In this document: positions 1 to 9,094 of the stretch, piece after piece
Numbering within the stretch: position 1 is the first letter of the stretch
Layout: each line of letters starts with the position of its first letter
DNA from: Mayamaea pseudoterrestris
Lineage: Eukaryota
Direction: 5' to 3'
Length of the DNA: 64,000 nucleotides
Assembly: GCA_027923505.1 (NCBI GenBank)
Contig: BROI01000001.1
Location: 2,790,001-2,854,000, forward strand
The notes under the pieces: generated by a model
The model's input: the letters and a program-made list of their open reading frames with translations, nothing else
Database searches by the model: none
What the model was told of the DNA's origin: nothing
Position numbers and translations under genes: made by a program

Positions 1-138
1 CTCAGCGCAGTCGTCAACAACTATTCCGCTTTGCCAACGGGGCAAGAAAGACTAGGGTCGAGGTTTCAGCCCTCCAAGTTGATTGCAGTGAACTGTTTGG
101 CTCATGCTTCGTTCGGACCGTATCTATCTTCCGGATTC

Positions 139-723
139 TTATGTCTTCGTTGGGAATCGACCAGACGGCTGCATGATTGCCAAAAAGCCATCCAACTGCG
201 GATCGGACGCGAGCAACTCTGGCGTTAATTTGTCATTCACTTCGACAATCGATCCACAAACGCAAAAAGGCAGCGACAAGCTACTTCCATCCTTCATGAC
301 AACTTTTGCTAGAATATCCATTGGTCGTTTGCTGCCAGAGTTGGATTGACCTTTTCGCTTCTGTAGCTTCTTTGCCTTGTTTGATCGGCTGACGACGGAT
401 GACTCCGCCAGCATTTGAATGGATTCGATGTTAAATCGTCCGACGCCATCTCCAGCAGTCACAACACACAAGCCGTTTGCATGTCGATGGACAATGGGAT
501 CGATCGAATGAGGAATTTGTGCTACGCTGTCGTCGCTGAAGGCTGCACGGTCGATTTTGACGCGAAAACTTTCTTCGAAAAAGCAATGCGGCGTTCCGGG
601 ACGTCCAGTCGATGAAATAGGTTCAAACGTAAAACCTTCATAAGGATTTTTATGCGTACCATCCCTGACCCGTTTCTGTCCGCTAATCATAGCCGGTGAA
701 TCGCTGCATGCTGCTTCCGCCAT
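139..723 (-). CDS. ABITRAM/FAM206A (Simiate)-like protein, glycine cleavage H-like fold
   Basis: Motifs HANGLCVVT, basic KAKK patch and CVCGSIVEVNDKL..ELL..DP..DGFLAI match FAM206A. Probable ATG is 723 (the ORF extends to 792). Confidence 0.7.
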   Translation of the reverse strand: MAEAACSDSPAMISGQKRVRDGTHKNPYEGFTFEPISSTGRPGTPHCFFEESFRVKIDRAAFSDDSVAQIPHSIDPIVHRHANGLCVVTAGDGVGRFNIESIQMLAESSVVSRSNKAKKLQKRKGQSNSGSKRPMDILAKVVMKDGSSLSLPFCVCGSIVEVNDKLTPELLASDPQLDGFLAIMQPSGRFPTKT

Positions 724-1270
724 GGTCAATCTTTGTGTGATGGTTGATGGACGATGGAGTGTAGAAACCAGAGTGTCTCGTCTATGTCGCACTGCGTTTT
801 AAGATACCACACAACATGCGCTTCTCGAGTATCTGCTGTCTTGTTGGGTTTGTCAATCGAACAACCAAACAATTGAGAGGGCGTGGATGTGGTGATGATG
901 ATAAAATGCCAAGTTTTAATTGAATCGACCATAGTTTGCCGTTCCTGTTGGAATTTCGTGAGCATTTCGGCAGATCGCAGGAGACGAGGAGCTGTGCCAA
1001 TGATCAAAATTGTCCTGCTTCCCACTTTTCAATGAGTCGATCAGAAGGAGAATATGCGACTACGACATACAATCCTGACGACTTGGCAATATGGTACGCA
1101 CGGAACGTACAAGATACAAACGGCAGCTAAAAATTGGAATAAAGAATTGACTTTAATTCGCTTGCCGACAGAACCATTGCAACTACTTGTATCATCAATG
1201 CATTGATTCGCAATATCCAAAGTTGCTTCATAAACCTTGATTGTATTCCTCCTCGACCTTGTCGCTTCCT

Positions 1271-1571
1271 TTATTTCTTGCCTCCGCTGCCACCACCACT
1301 GGGCGGAGAGTAGTTGGAATATCCAGTGCCACTGTTGTAGTAGGTCGAGCCGTTGTCATTGCTGTAGTAGTAACTACCGTTGGAGTTGGAGTCTAGTGAA
1401 TGGATATAACAAAGAGAGCGAAGAGTCAGATATTGAAGTGGATCTTTCCGGTGAATCATCAGTGTCGACGCCTTCGTGGAGCAACTTACAATGGTAGCTG
1501 CCACCGTTCGAGTTGGTACCACCGGGCGTGTTGTAGTGGTTTCCCTGGCTGTTGGTTCCGCTGTTCGGCAT
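1271..1571 (-). CDS. 67-aa Asn/Ser/Gly/Tyr-rich microprotein, 2 exons (1571-1490, 1392-1271)
   Basis: A GTAAGT..CACTAG intron (1489-1393) joins two low-complexity ORF halves in frame: MPNSGTNSQGNHYNTPGGTNSNGGSYHYSNSNGSYYYSNDNGSTYYNSGTGYSNYSPPSGGGSGGKK. Confidence 0.75.
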
Positions 1572-1894
1572 CTTGTCAAGTCGTTAATGTGTTTGAGAGG
1601 GTCGCTGCTGCGGTGGGAGTGGCTCAAGCGTTGCTCGATCAGTTTTGTGAGAACCTGCGAGAGAAAGATCCAGCCACGGTCCTTGAGGCAAAGATCCAAT
1701 CGTGTGAAGAGTTAACTTCCGATTCGATCCTTCCAATGCTCAGCCGTTTTAGGCTCGACGCGCGCGAGCGCGGGCAAGACACGAGACGACATCGCAACGC
1801 GACTCCGTTTTATTCAACACGATTTCACCATGGGAAAAACAATTTGGCCACCGCCACAAGTATTGTAGCATGAACCATACTCCGTAACTTCTTC

Positions 1895-4800
1895 ATGCCT
1901 GCAAAAAGTTTGATGGAACTAACCGGCAGCGTAAAATATCATTTGAAACCCAATATTCGGAAGCGTCGGCGTCAAGACAACGACACTTTACCTGCTCCTG
2001 CTGTTCCGCTGATCGGGCTTGTCTTCTACAATGACAAGACACATTCATCCTACTTGCTCGCAGTACCACACAAGCTGATTCGACTGGTTTGTGAAGCAGC
2101 TTACTATGACCACAAAGTGCGAATTACTCGCTATTCTCAAGTTCATTTGTCAGGACATTCCGATATACATGCCTTGTTGGAGCTGCATACTGATGGATTC
2201 GAGATTGTTGATCGAAGCATCGACACGAGACACAACAAACCTATCATAGATGATGAGAACGACATCTGGACGTTAGCACAATTGCGTCGTCGGGAAGCAG
2301 TCGATAGATTGACGAACTTCAAGAGCGAGAATTCATACACGTTTCGAGCCATGGTTCTCGCAGTGTCTCCCATTATGACGTTTGATCCATTGGATCCCTG
2401 CAGTTTAATGGAGCTTCACGACGAGTCAGATAACAATATACATTATTCCTGTACTGTTGTTTTGCGACAGTCTGGCCTGGTCTATCATCCAAGCATTGTG
2501 CCGGGGCAAGACGTTGTACTGAACAACGTTCGGCGACTTGCTTGGTCGACACCAGCGGCGCTTCGGCTAAAAGGGTTCACGACCTTATCGAAAGACATAC
2601 CCAACTATGTTTTTCTAGTCGATAGTCCCACTCAGATTGGCTGGTGTGGTCAAAGTGATGCAGAAACATCAAATGGAAAGGGTAGGACAAGTTCGCTTTC
2701 TGGAACGATTCTATCCGTGCACATGTCTGTAGCGGAAATTTCGGACTTGCAAAGTTTTCGCTACTTGGCTTTGACCAATGCAGATGGAATCACCTTTTAT
2801 CTTTTTTTGTCATCCTTTCCGCTCGCTTCTGACTTGCAGCAGGCCTTGCAGCCTGGTGCCTCTATTGCAGCTTACAATGTACATCGCCTTGGCGGTGAAG
2901 TTGGCAGCAACCAAGCTGACTATTGCGCCTGCCTGCGTTCAACGATTGTACTCGTCGAAACGACATCAGAAGCAAATCATGGTCGAATGGAACGCTCCAA
3001 TCGCAGTTTGGCACAGCTACAGCCATGCGCCTACATGCAAACGCCGACGACGCATATCGAATGGGTCTTGCGCCGACGCCTAAATGTCTTTCTCAAACCT
3101 TTTCTGGCGCACATCAATTATCAGTCTTCTCGTAGCTTGTTTATTAAGAAAATGCTTGCACCGAAAATGATGTCAAATGGACCGCGGATCGCATATGCCG
3201 AGTTCTTTGATCACGAACGGTTTGATCGCAGTATCGGGCGCAGCAGCAGTACGGCTAACGATTGGGATGAGCAAGACGTGGATGGATGCGCTCTTTCTGG
3301 CTCTGAGCGAAGCAAATCTAATGTTCCTTGCCTTCTACCGCTCGCTGTGGTGCACCAGAAGGTAGCCGAGCAAGCCACGGCAGCTATTGACGTGTTCGTT
3401 TCTCGCACGACATTGGAGGGCTACCAAGCTGGCTACACTGGTTCGAATATTTTGAGTGGTGATGAGCTAGCAGACGCATTTCAGATAACAATAGGTTCAG
3501 AAATATACACCGGGGGAATACTTGCTGCGTCTGAATTATATGATGATCTGCCGCGTCTTGGATGTCTCTCGGACAAAGGCCTATCGCTTCCTGTTTCAAC
3601 GCCGCCTGACAGAATAGCGAGAAACCAATCATCCTTCATCATTATGCGACTCAGCCGCGTCGCCTTCTCATTTGTCTACCTAGGGCAATGCCTGCCAGAC
3701 AGCGCGGTGCAAAACAATGACATTTATGGGCGACATACTCAGGCATGTAACTTCCCAAAGCACAATCACGATGGCTCGCGTGCGGGCTCTTGTGTTGTTG
3801 TCCGCTGCTCGACACATCTCTTTGTCGTGTCCTTCAGATTAGATTGCGACAGAATCGTCGATGGGGCGGAGTCTACTGACTTACTACGGCCAAAGAGCCA
3901 GCGTAGCTACCCTGTGAAATCTATTCGAGAGTGTTTAGAATTCACTTTGGAGCCTTCACAAGATGCCCAGGTCTGCGCTTTATTGGTTCGTAAGTTTTTC
4001 AAGCCAGAGAAGCTCACTAACGGATTTTACAAAGGGTCGATGTTTGTCCTCTCACATGTAATGCAGAGGCGAAATATTTTGGCATGCACGGCGATCGAAC
4101 CTTCGTTAGTTCAGACTATTGATATAAAGCCACCGGCGCAAGCAAGTTCCAGCAAGCAACAGACTGTACGCCAGACAGTTTTTCGGATCTTAGGCTTTCG
4201 CCTCTCCGACGAGCAGCTTGCGATGGCAGTTGCCTGGTGGTCACTCGCCGACAACGAGCGCTCTTGTACGTTACTGGATGGAGGATGGGAAGAAGTTACG
4301 AGTGAGGCACCACAGGTCGCAAAGGCGTTTTATGTCCTTGTTCACTTTCCCGAGTCCAAATTAGTTATTGATCAGAGTCGAGGCTACCTCCGAGTTCGCT
4401 GCTCCATTGAAGATCTCAGTGCCTTTCCCTGTGCACTACCGGTAGATACATCAACTCAACCCAGCGTTGGAAAGCCGACATTGCCACACTCTCTTCATTT
4501 CGTAGGCGGCAAGCGCTTCTTTCCAGGAATGTTGAGCCTGCGTCCGCGACGGCGAGGTCTGACGGGAGTTGGCAATAACCTGAAGCTGCACGGAGAACTT
4601 CTCGACGCAACCCTTGACGCAGCAACGCCAACTGTCACATTGGCCGAGCTGCACTGGTGTGTATGTAAAGATCTTCAATTTCAAACAAAGACGTCACTGG
4701 CCCCGTCGCTGGTCAGACGATTAAAAAATGCTAGCACTCTCGGCATCGTGTACTGCAGTGCTGTTGCGGAGTGCACCAAATGCTTTTCTCCTCTCAAATT

Positions 4801-5578
4801 CCTTGCAGCTGCAAATGGACTCGAGATTGGAGCTATCGACGGTCTGCGCTCAAGTGTTCCGCTGGATTCTGTGCAACCATCCTTTTGGGGCCGGTCATTG
4901 CCAGGTGCCATGCCCACGAACGGTGAAATCAACGCCTTGCCGCCCAAAGGTGGACGTTTGGTGCCGTTCACGAAACTACGATGTCCCAAAAATTGCAGCA
5001 TTCAGTATGCTGGAGTAAAATGGGAATGCAGCGGTATTTTAGATGACGGGACGGGCCAAGCCAAGCTCCTGGCGGAGCGCGACGTCGCGCTGGCCTGGTT
5101 AGGAATGAGTCACGCTGCTGTTCGACATATTGAACAAGGCGTGTGGTCCACCGAAAAAGGCATTGTGTTTTCCAAAGGAATGCCTCCGAAATCCTACCTT
5201 CGGAGCGCTGTTCAGAATGCACGGAGCTCGGCTCAGAATGAAGGTCGTCATTGTCCTGGTCGTCAGCTTCGCGACCAGGATGTGTTTAAATACTTGACGA
5301 CAACTGCATACGGCGAGTATCTGATGCAGCGACACTGCCGCGAATCACAGGCGCCACTTCGCAACTTAACTTATTACGTTCGATGCAAACCCATGAGCGA
5401 CGTGCTCCATTTACATCAGACTTGCATCGATCTCAACGTGCCAGGTGTCAGGCAGGGAGAAGTCCACCGTCGTGATATGGCGACATATTCGCTTCCGGCT
5501 CTTAAACTGAATCTGGTTGATTGTAGCATAGACAATACATCATTGTGTAGGAATTATAGTAAAGACTTAATATCATGA
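1895..5578 (+). CDS. Large multi-OB-fold protein, probable CST complex subunit CTC1-like
   Basis: 1227-aa single ORF with beta-rich segments, PRIAYAEFFDH, and a C-terminal CTKC...CPKNC zinc ribbon followed by ILDDGTGQAKL (RPA70C/CTC1-type OB signature). Confidence 0.6.
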   Translation: MPAKSLMELTGSVKYHLKPNIRKRRRQDNDTLPAPAVPLIGLVFYNDKTHSSYLLAVPHKLIRLVCEAAYYDHKVRITRYSQVHLSGHSDIHALLELHTDGFEIVDRSIDTRHNKPIIDDENDIWTLAQLRRREAVDRLTNFKSENSYTFRAMVLAVSPIMTFDPLDPCSLMELHDESDNNIHYSCTVVLRQSGLVYHPSIVPGQDVVLNNVRRLAWSTPAALRLKGFTTLSKDIPNYVFLVDSPTQIGWCGQSDAETSNGKGRTSSLSGTILSVHMSVAEISDLQSFRYLALTNADGITFYLFLSSFPLASDLQQALQPGASIAAYNVHRLGGEVGSNQADYCACLRSTIVLVETTSEANHGRMERSNRSLAQLQPCAYMQTPTTHIEWVLRRRLNVFLKPFLAHINYQSSRSLFIKKMLAPKMMSNGPRIAYAEFFDHERFDRSIGRSSSTANDWDEQDVDGCALSGSERSKSNVPCLLPLAVVHQKVAEQATAAIDVFVSRTTLEGYQAGYTGSNILSGDELADAFQITIGSEIYTGGILAASELYDDLPRLGCLSDKGLSLPVSTPPDRIARNQSSFIIMRLSRVAFSFVYLGQCLPDSAVQNNDIYGRHTQACNFPKHNHDGSRAGSCVVVRCSTHLFVVSFRLDCDRIVDGAESTDLLRPKSQRSYPVKSIRECLEFTLEPSQDAQVCALLVRKFFKPEKLTNGFYKGSMFVLSHVMQRRNILACTAIEPSLVQTIDIKPPAQASSSKQQTVRQTVFRILGFRLSDEQLAMAVAWWSLADNERSCTLLDGGWEEVTSEAPQVAKAFYVLVHFPESKLVIDQSRGYLRVRCSIEDLSAFPCALPVDTSTQPSVGKPTLPHSLHFVGGKRFFPGMLSLRPRRRGLTGVGNNLKLHGELLDATLDAATPTVTLAELHWCVCKDLQFQTKTSLAPSLVRRLKNASTLGIVYCSAVAECTKCFSPLKFLAAANGLEIGAIDGLRSSVPLDSVQPSFWGRSLPGAMPTNGEINALPPKGGRLVPFTKLRCPKNCSIQYAGVKWECSGILDDGTGQAKLLAERDVALAWLGMSHAAVRHIEQGVWSTEKGIVFSKGMPPKSYLRSAVQNARSSAQNEGRHCPGRQLRDQDVFKYLTTTAYGEYLMQRHCRESQAPLRNLTYYVRCKPMSDVLHLHQTCIDLNVPGVRQGEVHRRDMATYSLPALKLNLVDCSIDNTSLCRNYSKDLIS

Positions 5579-5651
5579 AAAATTACGCTTATAATCGACT
5601 GAACAAAGAATCTGCAACCAATCATGTAGTCCAGTAATAACGAAACAAGCT

Positions 5652-6334
5652 TCAATCCGATTTGACTTCAACACTCTTCTTGAAGTTGTTGTATGGCCGA
5701 AACTTGACGCGTTCCTTAGCAGGAATGTCAAGTTGTTCTCCCGTTCGCGGGTTATGGCCAGTCGTCGCCTTTTATGTTCATAAAGACGGGCGGAAGAGTG
5801 AGTACATGCTGATATTATTCTGGTGCTTCGCAAGCACTGGCTCCAGCGGTGTCTGCATACCTTTGATGTGAAAGGATAAAAGCAACCAAAGTTGGCAATC
5901 TTGACAGTCTTCTTCTCCGTCACGCCCTGGAGTGACAATGGAGAAGAACGAAACGCATGAGTAAGCATGGCTAAAAAATACCCTTCGCACAAAAGCATCG
6001 CTTGAGATGAGCGACCAACACAAACCTCCTTGATCAGATCCAAGATTGTGTTGATGACGCGGCGAGACTCGGCCTGCGACATGTCGTGCGTCTCGGCTAC
6101 GTGTTTAACGATGTCAGCTGTTGAAATTGAATCTGCATCGCCGTCAATGGCTACTGGTTCATGCGTTGATGTGCTCGCTCGCTGCTGTTGCTGCTCAACT
6201 ACCGGATTATGCTTCGGGGCGATGACCACTTCGGTGGACGACCAGAAGAAGTTGGCAGAGCTGACACTCAAAATACGACTTGCTGCAGCTGGCCGGAGTT
6301 TAACTAAACGGAGACGCGACAAGAGCAATGACAT
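5652..6334 (-). CDS. Bacterial-type histone-like DNA-binding protein (HU/IHF family) with N-terminal organelle leader, 3 exons (6334-6026, 5926-5861, 5768-5652), 163 aa
   Basis: The spliced product contains ISTADIVKHVAETHDMSQAESRRVINTILDLIKE-GVTEKKTVKIANFGCF-...GHNPRTGEQLDIPAKERVKFRP, the full HU signature. Both introns are GT-AG. Confidence 0.85.
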
Positions 6335-6689
6335 GTTGCTTGGAATGCTTGGACAATGGAAGAGGGAGACTGACAACGAAGCTTTCATGCGCAGCGGATG
6401 AATGAGGATCCGATCGCTAGCTGGACTGGCGTGCCGAAACGTTCGGATGACGTCGCAACGAGCCGGCCAGTCATTGTTGATTGCTCGCCAACTCCCACTC
6501 GTTCCGTTCCATTCGTTGTGGCAAGCCAGACGCACTCGCGCATCAACACTAAAGATGTCTCAGCAATGGTCCTGCCTCGTCTTACACTCCGCAAGTACGA
6601 CTTGGCAGTGGTTACGATCCCCGATGCGAGGACAGATCGAGAGGCTGTCATAATTTTGATGGAGCCATAGTTGTCACGTCAACGAAGAG

Positions 6690-8696
6690 ATGCTCGTCAA
6701 GAAGGCGATTAACAACAAACATCTACAAGGAGCTTTCTCTTTCCTTGTCTTTCTCTTCAGTAAGAGCTTCCCTGTTGCTCATGCCTTTGGATCGAGTATC
6801 TCCTCGTCATCCAAGTCATCGACGCTAGCCCAAAGCGTGGAAGCAAACATTGGTCTGCTACCTGAGAGCCCACGATGCTGGAAGTCGGCAGTTGCCCTCT
6901 TTCACGAGACGCAGCTTACCCCTGAACAAAGCCAGCAGCTGATTGTGACACTTTGTCAAATGATGCCGGAGGAAAAGCTTAAGTTGCTGGCTCTCGAGAT
7001 TGCACGGTGCCACCTCGAAGACTTGGGCAAGCCGCTTTTTCACGATCCACAACTGCTCCAGCGTTGCAGCGTTAAAGCTGGAGAAGACACGCCAGACGTG
7101 CATTACTGTCTCAAACACTTGACAGACACTGGGGCGAATGCTTATACTCATTATGTATCATACGTGCAGCAACTTTGCACACGACTGACGCAGGAACTGA
7201 TCATGAACATTCAGCACGAGGCGACGAATGAAATGGCCATGCGTCACGCGGACATTTCTCGCCAATCAATCGAGTTGACGGAACGTCAAGCAGAGCAAAT
7301 GTCCATGCTGGTTAACTTGCCGGAACAAGTGAAGGAGCGCTTAACGGAGGAGCTGACGGAATCGCTCAAGCATAGCCTAGCCGAGTCCTTGGACCATCAG
7401 TTGCATGATCAACTCGACATTCAGCTTCGTGAATTGCTGGCAAATCATGCAGCCGAACAAGCCCATATTGCCGAAATGACTTTTAAACAAGCTGAAATGC
7501 GGAGTGCCGAGCAGAAAGAGCGTCTCGAGCTATTATACGAGAGTCAGCGAATTGTTTGGGATGCTCAGTTGCAGGAGCAACGCGAAAAGGTTAAAGCTTT
7601 GTCAGAAACTGTATCCAAGACGACGCAAACTATTCAACCGCTGCTTGGTATTCAAACACTTGTTGTGGCTGCGACTCAAGGCTACACATGGCTGACTTTT
7701 ATATTGCATTTCCTTGGAACGTTCAATGTCATCTGGTTAATCACTCGACCACAGCGATGCCATCGCTTTCGGAGCTACCTTTTCGGACTTGTCATGACGG
7801 AGGCTTTGTTTGAGATCGGCGTGATGATGCTGCAAGAGCATGAGCTTCTCACCGAGAGTGAGCGCATGATCGCAGTCGTTGAAGTGCGACGATGGACTTT
7901 TTCGCTCGAGTGCATGGTTTACGTTTTTGGGTTATTGTTTTCACGACCGCCGCGGTCATCTGCACATTACTCGTTAACGGATCACAACGAAGGCATGCAT
8001 CACTTTCAAAACGCGCATAATGACACTGTGGATGGCATCGATAAGATGATCTTTGAATATCGTACGGAACCAGCGACTCAGAATTATCAGCGCACGCAGC
8101 ACCACAATCTTTCATCCGGCCCTTCACGCTTACTAGCAAGTGACCTGTCCTCGTATCCCACGAATCTGGCTAGTCGCCCTCGAGGAGTCGAGCCGTTGGA
8201 CGTCACGAACAGAGTGTCTGCTATTACACCTTGTCCACGCCCATCGTGGTCGTTTGGTCGCAATGGCCCGGTGGATGCTTGCCAGCCCATCCCGACTTCG
8301 CCGAACTTGCCGAATCTTCCATATAACTGCAAGTACCCGCTTTATAGCATGAAAGCGTCAGCAACGACTGGGATGGAACAGCCTCTGGCGTGTCGTACGT
8401 TAAGTTTGGCCGTCGGATGCGTTCATGATAATCAGCAGAAGGTGACAATTGTCCCAGCCATCGTTCCGTCTGGTGCCGAACTTATTTCGCAGCACGAGGA
8501 GATTGGTCAGATTAACTCATTCGAAGATTACTTTGACGCGCAACAGTTTAATGACAACCACAAGCGTCTCCTTAATGTAAATGCAACTTCAGAATCGGAT
8601 TGTTGCCCGCCGCCCAAGCGAGTTCGCCGACAGAACAAAAGTGTTAATTTGGAGTCAACAATTACTGTTCCCGGCCAGAAAGTTATGGAAAAGTAA
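6690..8696 (+). CDS. GEX1: GEX1/KAR5/Brambleberry-family nuclear membrane fusion protein
   Basis: Signal peptide, Cys-rich domain (CWKSA...LCQ...LALEIARCHLEDLGKP...C...CLKHL...AYTHY...C), coiled coil, then three hydrophobic segments and a disordered tail. Confidence 0.75.
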   Translation: MLVKKAINNKHLQGAFSFLVFLFSKSFPVAHAFGSSISSSSKSSTLAQSVEANIGLLPESPRCWKSAVALFHETQLTPEQSQQLIVTLCQMMPEEKLKLLALEIARCHLEDLGKPLFHDPQLLQRCSVKAGEDTPDVHYCLKHLTDTGANAYTHYVSYVQQLCTRLTQELIMNIQHEATNEMAMRHADISRQSIELTERQAEQMSMLVNLPEQVKERLTEELTESLKHSLAESLDHQLHDQLDIQLRELLANHAAEQAHIAEMTFKQAEMRSAEQKERLELLYESQRIVWDAQLQEQREKVKALSETVSKTTQTIQPLLGIQTLVVAATQGYTWLTFILHFLGTFNVIWLITRPQRCHRFRSYLFGLVMTEALFEIGVMMLQEHELLTESERMIAVVEVRRWTFSLECMVYVFGLLFSRPPRSSAHYSLTDHNEGMHHFQNAHNDTVDGIDKMIFEYRTEPATQNYQRTQHHNLSSGPSRLLASDLSSYPTNLASRPRGVEPLDVTNRVSAITPCPRPSWSFGRNGPVDACQPIPTSPNLPNLPYNCKYPLYSMKASATTGMEQPLACRTLSLAVGCVHDNQQKVTIVPAIVPSGAELISQHEEIGQINSFEDYFDAQQFNDNHKRLLNVNATSESDCCPPPKRVRRQNKSVNLESTITVPGQKVMEK

Positions 8697-9094
8697 CCTC
8701 TGCAAGGACAGCGACGACTCTCTTTGCCAGATTTCCTTTTTTATGTTCATTCAGAATCGACGTCTCCCGCGTATGCCAAGCTTGAGTGATGTCGCCCACT
8801 CACCCAGTGTTGTTGCTTACTGTTAGTAGTAAGCTCAAATCTTTTGATTACCAATCTGCGTATACTAACAAATTCTGTACTGATTACTTGTAGCCTTACA
8901 ATAGGTTATACCTGCCTATTTTTACAACGCAGCGGGACAATTGTGATTGCGCCGGTCCCTAGCGTTTGTAGTGCAGTGTCGCACTGAGTAACGATACGAC
9001 TCTTATGTTGCTGATACCACGTCATTTTCTTTCGCTTTCGAGCGAAATATCGCTTTCGGGATCTGGTTCTGCATGAGTTCATCGTCGCTCACTC

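Noticed and set aside
5573..6535. 320-aa ORF taken as the real protein
   Set aside because: It reads through two introns and misses the HU arm exon, which is in another frame.
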